From Octopus vulgaris (Eukaryota), in contig OX597828.1 in NCBI GenBank assembly GCA_951406725.2, positions 11,966,001-12,030,000 on the forward strand: DNA of 64,000 nt. The letters are read 5' to 3'. Both the position numbers and the translations under genes were made by a program. Positions 25,338 to 40,940 of this stretch are shown here, piece after piece (position 1 is the stretch's first letter; every line of letters begins with the position of its first letter). Under the pieces are notes generated by a model that saw only the letters and a program-made list of their open reading frames with translations, did not search any database and was not told where the DNA came from.

Positions 25338-25555
25338 AGGCGGCGAGCTGGCAGACACGTTAGCACGCCGGGCGAAATGCGTAGCCGTATTTCGTCTGCC
25401 GCTACGTTCTGAGTTCAAATTACGCTGAGGTCGACTTTGCCTTTCATCCTTTCGGGTTCGATAAATTAAGTACCAGTTTCGCACTGGGGTTGATGTAATC
25501 GACTTAATCCATTTGTCTGTCTCTATGTTTAGCCCCTTGTGGGTAGTAAAGAAAT
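25338..25555 (+). mobile_element. Nin-domain SINE (single body unit)
   Basis: aggcggcgagctggcagacacg head and gcctttcatcctttcgggttcgataaattaagtaccag. Confidence 0.9.
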
Positions 25556-26662
25556 ATATAATATATAAATATTTTCGACTACTTGTCATAGCTACAATAA
25601 AAATAAAGAAAATGTCATCTTTAACAGCATCAGCCTTTGTTTAATTATCCCAAAAGAATACCATGTCTTCAGATTTTCCTTATTGCAATTATGACACATT
25701 ATTCAAGTACAGAAATTGTACTTCTAAATAATTTAAGCCGTAACTATATAAATACAATTTTAAAATTACAGAATATATCACGAGTTGTTTTTCTATTTCT
25801 ATTTCTGAGTTTAATTAAATTTGTATAAGCTGGTAATTTATAGTAACTGATAATTTAAAAAGCCTTTAATTTGCCTAAATATAATTAGAGGAATATAATT
25901 AGATTTAGACGTTAAACCTACGGTGAAGTAGATAACAAGAAAAATATATATGCGCTAAAGATTTAAACTTTAATAAATTGTAAACACATTTATGTATTTA
26001 CGAAGAAATTTTAAAGATTCTACATTTTAAATCTTTTTTTCTATAAACAGAACAAACTTTGGTGTCGTTATGAATAAGTCTCTTATGTGCAGCGCTGAAA
26101 TTAATCAATGAATGTTTGACTCTCTAAAATATCTATTAGTGTGTGTTTACTATTTTAAGAGCTAGATTTGATTTTCAATTTATGTAAACATATCATGATA
26201 ATATATAATGCATTGCTTTCTCTTTAATGTGCTAGATCATTCTCAAGAATGATTTATTAGAGAAGCAAGAAACCAGTAAATCAATTATAATGAATATTAA
26301 AAAAAAAGCTGTTTCGTGGCAGTTTCCCAATATACCTTTTACGTTTTGGTTTTTGCTTTATATTTTGGATTTTTGGATGTTTTTGGATGTTTTTGGTGGG
26401 GGTGTTGTTTTTTGATAGCTTAGGCATGTTGAATGAACATGTTGAAGCTCCTATATTTTGTGGGTGATGGATTTCAGCAAACCCTATCTAACATGCAGCA
26501 GAGCCTCTACAAAATTTATAGGCGTAGGAGTGGCTGTGTGGTTCAGTCCCACTGCGGAGCACATTGGTCAAGTGTTTTCTACTATAGCCTCGGGCCGACT
26601 AAAGCCTTGTGACTGGATTTGGTTAGACGGAAACTAAAAGAAGCCCGTAGTATATATGCATG

Positions 26663-26698
<36 letters not shown>

Positions 26699-26700
<2 letters not shown>

Positions 26701-28408
26701 AGCGAGAAAGAAGCAACAAGAATGGATAGGTTTTTAGTACAATCGTTTCATACAAGGACAGGCTTTATTAAAAGTTGCAAAAATTACAGCATATAAACGT
26801 GTCCTGTACTCATCAGCTAAAATACATGTGAGTTCTCTAGACATCCTATTGGTTGAGGCTATACTCATGAAGTAGATAATTAAGTAACATAAACAGATTT
26901 CCAAAGTTCATTAAAGTTCTTTAAAGATGATGTACAGTCTTATCACAGAATTTTAAAAAGTTTCAACAGCATCACAGAGAAGGTGACCTAATCCATAGTG
27001 CACATATGAATTTCCAGAGATATGATGAGGGATTACATACTCACAGACGACAAATTTATCCATTGTTAATCACAACGAGGTGGGTCTCAATTCCTGCTTA
27101 TTAGCATTACAGAGAGGGTGAATTAATCCTTTGTATAGATGCACAATTTCCAATGGTGTAGATGTAAATTTCCAGAGAAATGAAGAGGAATTTCATATTC
27201 ACAGGCGATAAATTTATCAATGGTTGAATACAATGAGGTAGGTATCAATTCTTGTTATATGATTAGGTATTTGCCATATTAATCACATTACTGCTATTTA
27301 CAAGAGGCTGTAGCTATTTAACTTTTAAAGGCTGAAGGGCTTTCTAGAGAGGCAAAGAATAGAAAAGGGGAGGGAATAGAAGAAAAGAGAGAAGATAAAG
27401 GAGGAGGGAGCAAAAAAGGGGTGGGAGGGACTAAAAGAGAAGAGAAAAGGAAAAAGAGAATAGGAAGAAGAAAAAGAAAAAAGAGAAAAGAGAAAGAAAT
27501 AGGGAAAGAAGGGAAAAAAGAAAAAAGAAAAAGAAAAAAAAAGAGGGTTCTAGTTATACAGAAGAATTAGCAGACGGCAAGTCTGGTTTTAATTTACAGG
27601 CATCTAGGAACTAGAGGAGAATATTATTCTTTGACCAGTAAAACAGCTAATTTATTGCTGTTGAAATCAGCTGTGAATTTAAAGAGAATCTAAAGAGATA
27701 ACACAGTCAGGGGTTTAGGGGTCAGATGCTAAAATCAAAAGAAAATACATTAGGAAAATCTAAGTATAATCTTATCAAAAAGTAATTAAAGTTTATTTAT
27801 TTAATTTATTCATTATATTGTCTTAAGGAGTTGCCTTTATTATTCATACATTGACGGACTACAGGTCAAATCTTAGAAGATCATTTACAAGGTGTTAGGG
27901 GATTGTCTATCATAATGAAGATAATCATATTATCACCGAGGGAGTAGCCTTATTTATTTAATTTTGAAATAGAATTATGGGGCTATAGTAACTCATTTTA
28001 TTTTATTAGAGTTATGCTACTTAAATTAGATTAAGTTAGGAATTAAAATTACAAATTACAATTAAGATTTAAAATTAAGACTTTAAAATTATGAGTTTGA
28101 AATTAAATAAAGCCTCAATTAAGCAGCGTATAAGTACTATTCATTTCCCTGTTCTCAAAAAAAACTGATGCAGATATAAGGAAAAAGATAACTGTAGTGT
28201 GAGAACTCTTAGTTATCTACTTAAAGCATGTCCTTGTATGAAACGATTGTACTAAAAACCTATCCATTCTTGTTGCTTCTTTCTCGCTTATAATCACCCC
28301 ACATTACTGTATTGTTAAAACAGTATAGTTTGTTTTGGTGCATCTAAGTTAGGTACCTTATTCAAGTAAATTCATTTAAATTAACTTGAATCTTTATTGC
28401 TTTTTGAG

Positions 28409-28410
<2 letters not shown>
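26699..28410 (-). mobile_element. PLE-like insertion with 62-bp inverted repeat and HHR
   Basis: 26699-26760 is the exact reverse complement of 28229-28290. Internal ~157-bp diverged tandem duplication (27009/27166); (TA)n flanks. Confidence 0.7.
26732..26822 (-). ncRNA. Type I hammerhead ribozyme with extended stem II
   Basis: ttttag-CTGATGA-GTACAGGACA..~39 nt..TGTCCTTGTAT-GAAAC gatt GTA-ctaaaa. Confidence 0.8.
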
Positions 28411-28440
<30 letters not shown>

Positions 28441-29912
28441 TGTGCGTCTGTGTTTGTCCTCCAACATCGCTTGACAACCGATGCTGGTGTGTCTACGTCC
28501 CCGTAACTTAGCGGTTCGGCAAAAGAGACCGATAGAGTAAGTACTAGGCTTACAAAGAATAAGTCCTGTGGTCGATTTCTTCGACTAAAGGCGGTGTTCT
28601 AGCATGGCCGCAGTCAAAAGACTGAAGCAAGTAAAAGAGTAAAAGAGCATTTGACCTGGGTTCTATCCAAGGAAGAATTTTATCTTTCGACAAGTTACAT
28701 ACCCCTTAGTTGGTGGTCCAGATATTATGAGGGGGAAGGGAGAAGAGTAGGAGAGGGATAGGAAGAGATAAGAATGTAAGGAATGAATATTTGTGAAGAG
28801 TGGTAGGTGAAGTGATATGTGTGAAAGGCACTAAGGAGGAGGGATGGATTCAGAACACGATACAGTGGTGGTTTCTAAAGTGAGTAGTGAACCTTAGAAA
28901 GGAAGGGAAGAATATTAAGATATAATGGTCACGTTTCTAAAAATAGACAGGTGTTTATTACACTGGCTAATGTGATAGAGAGGGCTGAGGAATCGGGGAG
29001 TGAAGCAAAAAAGTATCTATTTATACACAAACGCGCGCATACACGTACACATGCATATGTATATGCACTATTATATCGGCCCGCGTAACTGTGTACCTAA
29101 ACCCATACGCATATGGGAGAGAAAATAAAGAATGTGTAGTGGCTAGCAATCTATCATGGCGAATGCCGGACATAGAGTCACACAGGAGAGCTAGGAAGAA
29201 GAGGAGATAATAAAGTAGTGGTGATCTCAAAACGAAGGTGCGCGTGCGTGTGTATAAGAGATCATGTATGTGCGTGTGGACGGTTTCAATTTCCCAGACT
29301 GAGTGTGCATTGTGTTTATTTCACATTGCTCTATTTCACTCAACTGTAAATAGAAAACATTGCAACGGACTGTCATTCTGTTCAAGGGGTAAGTTAACTT
29401 ACCTGCCTTGCTAACGGGGTGTCATTATTTGAAAGCTATGAAAAAAATATGTAAAATGTATAGTGACCAGGGTCATTTAGGATAGCTTGTGGTGTTAGTC
29501 CTGGCTCTCTGTCTTCTGACTTCAAACTGCAATGGGGTTAACTGTTTGCTTTTTATTCTGTCGGCGTTTATAAATAAATCAGTAGCCAAGAGTTTGGATT
29601 GGCTGGACGAAATTGTTAGATCATCAGCTCAAATTCAAACAATGCTGTTTATATAGAAAGTGAAGGCAACCTGGCAGACTGAAAGTGACTGCAGCAGTAG
29701 CAGCACTCTGTAATTAGATGCTTATCTGTAATTAGAGAAGCATTTGATTTTTTTAATTATTGTGTGTAATGGATACAAGAGCTTTAAAGACCGAGTATTG
29801 TGTTTATTGATCTTAAGTCTCTTTCATCACAATTATCAAACTCACTAGCGATTGTAGAAAGAGAAACATTCTCGACGTCGGGGAAATGACGAGGTATAAG
29901 TTTTATATTTGA

Positions 29913-29990
29913 CTAGCAGTATCGCCCGGCGTTGCTCGGGTTTGTTTCAACTTTTTAGAATTGGAATTTTTGATGTGAATATTTTGAGAT
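29913..29990 (-). mobile_element. Helitron 3' terminus (truncated)
   Basis: ctagcagtatcgcccggcgttgctcgggtttgt is identical to 51737-51769. Confidence 0.8.
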
Positions 29991-31939
29991 TGAACACAGT
30001 CGATTGCATCAATGTTGGTACAAAACTGGAACTTAATTTATGAATACTGGATTTATGAAATCCAAAGTCAACCTCGAGTAGATTTGAACTCAGAATGTGA
30101 AAGGATGAAACTATATATTTGCAAAGCAATTTGTCAGTCGTTCTACTGAGACAATCAATTTACCACAGTTTTTGAATTGATATAATAGGAGTTATTGAGA
30201 TTGGCGGAACTCAGTACCTAAGCGGCCAAAGGGATTCAAAAACTTTTCAATCATTCTTGAAAATGAGGAAACCTCATCTAATGCGAGTTAATATATTGTT
30301 CGTTTTAACACATGCACAATGCCACACATTTTGGAAATGGTCGTAGTCGATGTACACGTTTAGTTTTAAGAATCTAGAAGAGTGTAAGAAAAATTCAAAA
30401 TACATGGATTTGAACGTAAAGGTACTTTATTAAACATTGCTGGAAGACATTTTGTCCGTGATGCTATTAATTCTGCACATACACCGCCATTTTAAACCTG
30501 ATATGACACGTAATGTTTGCGATTGCTTGTCACAAACAAACCAATAATAGTGAAGGAAAATGTCATCTTTGAAAACATCAGCCCTCGTTTAAATTATCCT
30601 TAAGGAAAACTATCTATTGAGATTTTTTTCTTATTTTGAGCAGAGTATGACACGTTGCTAGAACAGCAGTCGTATTAGTTTCAGAATACAAAATGAGTTA
30701 TTTTCTGAATATTTAAGACTTAACTCTATACATACAGTGGGTATTACAGAATTATTTCTTGTCTCAGCTAATGAAGTTATATTCTGAATACATTAAGGCA
30801 TAACTATGTGCATCCAGCGGGTATTACAGAAGTATATATCATTTCACCTGATAAAGTTACGTTCTGAATATTTTAAGGCATAAATACCTGCACTCGGTAA
30901 AAAGTTTAAAATTTTATTGCATTCGAAGTTGTTTTATCGATTCTTTTTCGTAAGTGAAACGAAATTCGCACGATCTGCTAACTTATTACCTCGCAAATTT
31001 CTTTAACTCACCTAAATATAATTAGGTAAGCTAATATATAATTAATTCTAAAAACTCATATCGAATTCGTTAATAAAATTTGCCTATATAGGCGCCTGTG
31101 TATGCTAGTCGTGTGTGTGTGTGCGTGTGTGTGTGTGCGTGTGTGTGTGTGCGTGTGTGTGTGTTTGTGTGTGTGTGTGTACATTCATTATTTCGTTAGT
31201 AATGAGCCTTATGAAATATTAATGGAGAAATTATAAATATTCTACAATTTTAATTTTCTTTTCCCAGGAAATTTGAATACAAAATGAACTGGTGTAGTAT
31301 TTAGAATATATTAGTGGCTTGAAACGTTCGAATCATCCAACGAATGCTTGGCTTTCTGAAATATTTTCTCAAGTGTGAACTTGATAATGTTACTGGTTGG
31401 ATTAAAAGCTTTTGTTTATACAAATATATCATGAAAATAGATTGTATTAGCTTCTCATGAAAGTATCGCTCTTTCTCAAGAATGATCTATTACATAAGCG
31501 AAAAGTCCGCCATCAATCATGGTATCTACAAGAAGTATAGCGTTTTACATCTTAGCATATGCGGCTTCATCAAAATCAGCATTATGCATTTTATAACACG
31601 TTGCATAACTATTTTCTGATTTGAAACTGGAAGACTGTGTTTTCTATATATATGGTTATTACGTAACCATATATTGAGTCCTTTTAGATAACACTCATGA
31701 AAGGATTATAACATAAAAATCGAGCTGATTCAATGCGCGTTTTCTCCAGCTTCTTGTGATGTTTTGGAACAAATTATGTATCACAAACTGGACTGGGATT
31801 AAGAGAACTATGCGTCTTTTCCACAGAAACAGGGAACTATCAGAAGTATAACGCCTATTGTAGACCTTTCTTGGATGCAATACTGCATTCCTCTTGTCGT
31901 TACTATGTTTGGGGTTTGTCTTCTACGTGATAGCTGAGT

Positions 31940-33225
<1,286 letters not shown>

Positions 33226-33721
33226 AGATATATTTGATCTACAATTCGAACAACCAAGGCAAGGTTCATTCACTTAGAGCTTCATCTTACTGTTGATAGT
33301 AAGTGGCAGACCAGAATATCTGAAAATATTTCGTGCCATCGGCTGTTATCTAATCCTTAGAAGAATTTTACTTCTATCACGATATTTATCTTCAAACCTT
33401 CGCTTGAAATAGCTATAACGATAAAGTATCTCTATAAAGTTACATAGAAAATAACATATGCCCTAAACCACTCGCTTTTGTGAAATATTTCACTTAACTC
33501 AATGGTACTAAAATGGACACTAGTATACTGAATGTAAGGTAATTCTAATTCAGTTCAAAAAATTCCGTAGGATTGAGAACAATAGTTTTGTAATTTATAA
33601 AGGTTGGAGGCAGGAGAGACATCCTCTAATTTTTAATTAATTAAAATTAATGAACTATGGAATTGCTGTTGTATTCCTAAGCCACAAACTCACAGCCGAA
33701 TGAATTCCCGTCCCATATATA

Positions 33722-33887
33722 CCGTAGTTTAATGTGTATAGGGAACATTTTTATTTCTTTGTTAAAATTTAGGTTTTAAAATTATGGGAGTTTCTTTTAC
33801 ATGGATAGTATTGTAATCCCTTATAAAAGCTTTTTTCCAAATTCTAAACCTCAGAAATTAGGGAGTTCCTTATACCTGAAAATATGG
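33722..33887. mobile_element. pogo/Tigger-like MITE remnant
   Basis: TA|ccgtagtttaatgtgtatag ... cttatacctgaaaatatgg|TA, imperfect TIRs. Confidence 0.5.
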
Positions 33888-35002
33888 TAAATCGAATCTT
33901 TGTTGATGAATAATTTAGTGTATGTAGTAGAATTTTTTCATACTTGTAGGAGGATCTGAAAGAAGTGACACCCGTGTCAATATGTATTGTCTCCCTTTAG
34001 TCATTAAGCAACTTATTTGGAATAAAAAGTCAGTTTCTTGTTTTACCTTTTAACATCCTGTAATCGTTGTTATTACGCTAAGCACCACTGGCGAGCTTTA
34101 GGTTTGTACCAAAGAATTTCTGCATGAATCTTTAATTATCCTCGCTGCAGTTACTCTACATTTTCCCTTTGGCGTGAAAATCATTTGAGAGGACATTACT
34201 CGATGTGATATCTCTTTAGTTTCTTCAATGGAGTTTCAAGTTCAAATTTGAAATTGAAAACTTTAAGCTGATGTCTTTAAACGGTGTTCAGTAATCCTTT
34301 GTGGTGTTGACTGAATATGTATTACGGTGCGAAATTAATGGAAGGCTTTTAGCACAGTATAGAAACAGGGTTTTTGCAACCACGAATAGACTGAAAACTC
34401 CCAAATTGTTCGCACAAACGTCAGGCGATATGAAAACAAGAAACACAAGTTAGGCTATGATCTGTACTGACAACAAGAATAATCATGTGTTGTAATTTTA
34501 TTGAATAGAATGCCTGGCTCTTGAATATATAAAAGATATGGAAAGTATTCATTACTCTGCATATGAAATCATAAAGAAAAAGAAAACAATTTAGTAAATT
34601 TTAGTAAATATGAGTAAAATGGATCCTAAATCCATTCAGATCCTAAATCCATTCAGAATTTCCTACTAAAATAATTTTCAGCCGGCGAAGGATTCTTAGG
34701 GAACACTTTGATAGCAATAGTGGACGCCTTCTTGGAAAAAAATCACTCATAATAATGTTTTTTAGTGTGTGGCGAAAGATTATTGTCTGTCATAATTATT
34801 ATAGAAAATATCTCTGAAAAATATACTTTTTTTTATATTTTCACTTGAGATAATACGTGTTATTTTCGATAACAAGATAAGTTCTAACTTGTGCACAAGG
34901 CATTTTTGGAATAGGCATAAAATTTTCCAATAGGGTCTAATATAAAACTAGTACTTACTTTTCAGAAGCCGAAACAATAAAAGACAAACACAATTTTTAT
35001 AT

Positions 35003-35318
35003 TATTTATACTTGACGGACATTTGTCTTCATCTTGTTTGTTATTAACACAACGTTTCGGCTGATATAGCCTCCATCCTTCAGGTGCCTCGGGGAAATTT
35101 CGAACCTGGGATCTCCTTCCTTGGGAAATTTCGAATCTGGGTTCACATTCCTTAAAAATGAGAACCTAGGTTCGAAATTTCCCCAAGACACCTGATGAAG
35201 GCTGGAGGGTATATCAGCCGAAACGTTGTATTAACAACAAACAAGATGAGGACAAATATCCGTCAAATGTAAATAATGTAAATAATGTACATAATTCCTC
35301 ATCTCTTAAATATAGAAC
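35003..35318. mobile_element. Fold-back PLE pLTR
   Basis: Arms ~35003-35110 and ~35165-35277. Shares the terminus ctcttaaata(c/t)agaac with 20549-20790. Confidence 0.8.
35187..35232 (+). ncRNA. Minimal type I hammerhead ribozyme
   Basis: gacac-CTGATGA-a-GGCTG gagggtatat CAGCC-GAAAC GTT-gtatt. Loopless palindromic stem III (AACGTT). Confidence 0.8.
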
Positions 35319-36361
35319 AGAAAGACACTTTTAGCAAAATTTGAAATTAGAATGCAAACAGAATGTTACTAAACAGCATGAAAGCATTCTCACTCCCCCT
35401 TTCGATTTTGCACTCCAACAAATCTATTTTAAATTGATATAATAAGGGTTATTTTTTTTTTTTGGTGATCGTTTGTTTCAGATAATATAATAGTTATGCA
35501 AACTATCATTTTTGTAAACATCAAATCTTGTTTAATTATCCCAAAGGAATGCAATTTCTTAATATTTTCCTTATTATATTCCAAGTATGACATGTTGTTC
35601 AAGCAGAGATCATGTTACATTTAAAAGAGAAAATCAAATTGTTTTTCTCTGAATATTAAAGAATATATATGAATATAGATACAACAGGTAAGAGTTACTG
35701 ATGAATTTATTGTTACAAAAATTCCCCGCGTAGTTGTTTTTGTTTATAAATTATTGTAATGCAAGGCAACTGGTATCTTTTACCTGAGAAAAATCCCATT
35801 AGTTTACGTTAATCTAATTAGTGGAATATAATTGGATTTAAATGTTGGCATCTTCACTGATTTTGATAAGAGGTAGAAATATAAAGACTCAACGTTTCAG
35901 GTTAAATAATCCGTTAAAATCTTTAAAAATTTATTGAGAAATTTTAAATAATATTTTGATACGGTTTGTGTTGCTAACAACATTATCGCTAACATAATCT
36001 AGTACATATCTCAGACTTTTATCATTCCTAATACAACTGTCTGGTAAACTATGGAACAAAATCGGGGACATAATTTATTATACACAAAAGAGAATTTTCT
36101 GAATACTCGAAAGAGAGTTTCCTGAAAAATTATTGAACAAAATCTAAAAATCTAAGACACTATATTCTATAGATACAAAAATCATATCTATAATATCCTC
36201 ATGACAAGTGAATGGGAAATATGTGATTTTGAATGAAGTGATATTCTTAGATACATAAAGATTTATACATATATATATATATATATATATACAGAGACAG
36301 GGATGTACATGTATGTCTGTATCTATCTATCTATCTATCTATCTATCATTCTCTCTCCCTC

Positions 36362-36398
<37 letters not shown>

Positions 36399-36401
<3 letters not shown>

Positions 36402-36581
36402 AGCACTCCGTCGGTTGCGACGACGAGGGTCCTAGCTGATACGATCAATAGAACAGCCCGCTCGTGAAATTAACGTGCAAATGGCTGAGCACTCCACAAA
36501 CACGTGTACCCTTAACACGTAGTATTCGGGGTAATTCAGAGTGACACAGAGTGTGACAATGCTGCCCCTTTGAAATACAAG

Positions 36582-36582
<1 letters not shown>
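36399..36582 (-). mobile_element. SINE 3' half
   Basis: Reverse complement of 1335-1518. Confidence 0.7.
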
Positions 36583-36663
<81 letters not shown>

Positions 36664-36885
36664 TTGTGTGTGTTTGTGTGTGTTAATGTATGTATATCAT
36701 TGTTCAGTTTTATTTCAAGATTTCTTGCCAATAGAGAAAGAGCCGGTTCCTAACCTAGACCCAAGTCTCCTTCACTGGAATCTCAACATCAACAACAGGG
36801 TATTTTTGTATGTAGGTATGTATGTATATATGCAGATTTGTATGTTTTGCTTTATGCATGTATTTTCATGCATAATGTTGCATAT

Positions 36886-38140
36886 CTAGAGATGCTCATA
36901 TATACAGGTTTTTACAGATCCAGTAATGGATTGGATCTGTAGTCTTCGAATTAGCTTTCTCATTTCTGATTTTGAGTAGCCTAATTCCTCAAGATTGGTG
37001 TTTAGGCAGTGTGTTACGTTTCCCAGTGCCCCAATAATTACAGGTATAAACCCGAACTTGTGAACTGGATAGAGTAACTGCAAATTACTCAATACTTCAT
37101 TGTAGGTATTCTCATTTTCACTAATCTCTAGCTTTGTTAACATCTATTGGGCAGCTAAATTCTGTAACGGTACACGGTTTCAATCCTCTATTCCAAATCA
37201 TTATATCAGGTCTGTTGGACTTACATTTTATTGAGGTCTTCACTGCGACATTCCACCAGTACTCCTTTTCATTATGAGTGGTTATGACTTCTACCATACT
37301 GTGGGTTCTTATTTTTTGCCCTCAGGTTTATCCTGCCGACAGATTTCATTATAGAGTGTTCTAGCAACAACATCATATCACATCGGTAGATAATACTGTG
37401 ATGACATTCTCGGAAACTGCTTTTGACGTGGGTGATACCTTCGATGTTAACTCCACAAAGTCAGCATCAGTTGTCACATTTCTCTGCTTTCCCTGCATCT
37501 CTATCCCTTTTGTGCATCAGATACTTAGTTGATACTCCTGTTCCTGGATTGTGAATGCATACACATCAAAGTAGGAGGTAGTAATCCGGCTATTGGTCCA
37601 TGATAAACTGCTTTGATGATCGATGTTACTATCATCACAGAGCTTTCTACTAACATATCCATGCTTAGTCTTCTGCTCATATAGACTCATCCTTTCATCT
37701 GATGATACGTTGCGGTAGAGTCGTGTGACTTCTTTGAGTATGTATTCTAAGTTAACAGACAGAGACTGTTGCTAAAGGAGCTGCCCTCCATATCCTATGA
37801 TGTTATCAGCCCCGTGTATGCAAACTTGGTCAGGCGATACACTTCGATACTCCGTGGTTAAAAGATATTGCCATAGAGATGTGATACGACATTCGAAGGC
37901 ATTGTTTACGTTTTAGGTAGAGGAGGTCTATATCACTGTTTATGTGGAAATTGTGTGCTTGTTAGTATTTTTTGGGTTTTCACATCAATAGCTCGGATCT
38001 CATCAAGCGTCCAATCAAGCAGCCCAAATGTTGGTATGAGTACTGGCAATGCAAACACATTGTGGGCCACTATTTTATTGAATGCAGAGAGTTTTGAGGT
38101 CCAAATTTTCTTGATTCGGCCGCAATATTCTTTAGTGATA
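36886..38140 (-). mobile_element. R4/Dong-clade non-LTR retrotransposon fragment (RT C-terminus, CCHC, RLE), degenerate
   Basis: NKIVAHNVFALPVLIPTFGLLDW, IQEQE, HDVVAR, PDIMIW and LYPVHKFGFIPVIIGALG motifs. Confidence 0.8.
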
Positions 38141-40109
38141 GTGTTTTGTTACAGGTGTCATTATATATATGTATGTATGTATGTATGTAGATATGTATGT
38201 ATGTGTGTATGTATGTATGTATGTATGTATGTATGTATGTATGTATGTATGTATATATGTATGTATGTATGAATCTATCTATCTATTTATGCATTATCAA
38301 TAATAATAATAATAATAATAATAATACAGAGTAAAATTAATTAATCAATTAATAATTAATAGTTTTACCCGGGTGGATTCGTTATTTTTTCTCTTTTCCT
38401 GCGTGAGTTGAGAGTATTACTGTCTGGGAGATATCTTATGGTAATGGAATAATATTTAACCGCTATTTCAAAATTTCGGTATGTGGTGAGGCAATTTTTG
38501 CTGAACCGTAATTATGATTATGCTTATAATTATAGAATTTTTGTATCTATTTATGTATGAATGTATGTATGTATGTATGTATGTATATATGTATGTATGT
38601 ATGTATATATGTATGTATGTATGTATGTCGTATCAATACATTACAATGCAGTGATATAGATTAATTCACTAGAACTTAGTTCACTGGAAATATAAGTTCA
38701 TGCCTACATATGTGAATTTTGTCTGATATAAAAAGTGGGGTATAATGCACTGTTTTAATATTTATTGAAGCTTTACAGACTTGGGCGTGCCATCGCACAT
38801 TTTCATAAACATATTTCCATATATTCCATAGTTAATATTATATTAAGTGTTTGCTGCATAAATTGTTGTTTTAACAAATTTGCAATAATTATAAACCCAC
38901 TCCAGATTTATGAGATAGCATAACAGCCGCCCATGATTTCCATAAACAGGGATTTCATAGAAATTACAAGCTCAATTTGCATTTGTTGGCGACATCGACA
39001 AGATAAATCTATGTTTATCTTATAGTACTTTTTACAATATGTAAAACTCTTTTCGCAAAGATGGGAATAATAGATAACAACACGCAAGGTAGAAAGATAA
39101 GAAATGTCTAACAAAGAATATAGTTTTCAAAGATGTTCTCTTCTAAGATCGTACCTTTCATTACTATAATATGGAATTTATACATTACTAGTCTCAAGGT
39201 CTTCACAACCTAGAAAGAATATAATTTCAAAATAATCGTGAAATGTCTACAGGATACATTTTCCCCCTTGTCGAGAAAATTTTAAAAAGAAAGAAAACTA
39301 ACATTTGTAACGTCACCAACATGGCGACTATATTGGTGTTGTGTAAAACCCAGATCAACCAGTAAAGGCTTCACGCTCTAAAATATTTTCTCATGTGTTA
39401 GTTTCTCATTTTAGGTTCTAGATTTGATTTTCGTTTCGTTTATTTATAGTAATACATTACGAAAATAGCAAGCATTTGATTCTCATAAAAGCGTTTCTCA
39501 TTACGAAGAATGATCTATAATAGAAGCGGAAAGTTCGTCATCAATCATGGTATCTACAAGAAATATAGTGCTTCATAACATCTTAGAATATGTGGCTTCA
39601 TTAAAACCAGAATTATGCATTTTATAACACATTGTGTAGTTGTATAATTATTGGATACGTTGATAACATGTTTATTCATTCACAGATCTCATAACTCTCT
39701 ATAAAACATTTATGAGAGAACTAGAACATCAAAAAGCAAGCTGTTTAAATACGCGTTAGCCTCGAATATAAAGGATGCTACAACTGCCCTTGGTGAGTAT
39801 TGCCATATGTGAAACAATCTATGTATATCTAACTGGGTAGAATTATTGAAAATTAAGTGTTTTAGCTAGAACACTTAACGTTTAGAACAGGAGTACAAGA
39901 AATAACATACCTAGCAGAGATCTTTGTGATTTGAATTACCACACTTCCCTGACTCCTATAAACTTCGACTTTCTTGTAGAAACAACGTTCCTTGATTTTG
40001 TTGCTTAACCTCAAATCATTGCTGATCGAACATACTTGTGTTCTAAGTAATTCCAACCATGACCATCGCATCTTGAACTCAGACACCGCATATCTATGAC
40101 TACATTGTA

Positions 40110-40520
40110 CTCTTTTACTCTCTTACTTGTTTCAATCATTTGACTGCGACCATGCTGGAGCACCGCCTTTAGTTGAGCAAATCGACCCCAGGACTTATTC
40201 TTTGTAAGCCTAGTACTTATTCTATCGGTCTGTTTGGCCGAACCGTTAAGTTACGGGGACTAAACACACCAGCATCGGATGTCAAGCGATGTTGGTGGCA
40301 CAAACACAGACACACTAACACACACACATATGCATGTATACATATACATATATACGACGGGCTTCTTTCAGTTTCCGTCTACCAAATACACTGACATGGT
40401 TTTAGTCGACTCGAGGCTATAGTAGAAGACACTTGACCAAGGTGCCATGCTGTGGGACTGAACCCGGTACCATGTGATTGATAAGCAAGCTACTTACCAC
40501 ACGGCCACTCCTCCGCCTAC
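40110..40520 (-). mobile_element. SINE family A, full length
   Basis: Consensus match. Further copies at 40625-41070 and 42860-43025. Confidence 0.9.
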
Positions 40521-40878
40521 TTTAGGACCGACTGACACGTGCTCGACCACCGTTGGCACGAAACCATTCTCCATTTCGGTCTTCGAAGGTCTCGTTCGAA
40601 TATTTGCTACTACCTATTTATCTTTTATGTTTTACTTGTTTGGTTCATTAGACTGCGGCCATACTGCAGCACAAACTTGAAGGGTTTAGTCGAACAAATC
40701 GTCCCTAGTATTTATTCAAAGAGAAAGTTTAGCACTTACTCCATCGTTCACTTTTTGCCGAACTGCTATTTACGCAGACATAGATACACATATACATACA
40801 TGCATACTTAGATACATTTACACCTGTATGTATGTATGTATGTATGTATGTATGTATGTATGTATGTATGTATGTATG

Positions 40879-40940
<62 letters not shown>

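Larger units (their letters stand above)
26519..28650 (+). mobile_element. SINE family A split by a PLE in its internal (TA)n
   Basis: Head and core at 26519-26650; 3' half at 28440-28650. Confidence 0.85.
25600..29910 (+). pseudogene. TLR-like pseudogene, tandem unit 1 (heavily interrupted)
   Basis: 25610-26300 is homologous to 30558-31520 and 35505 onward. Weak TIR-like pieces at 29590-29910 (LDWLDEIV, QPGR, LAIVERETF). Confidence 0.4.
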
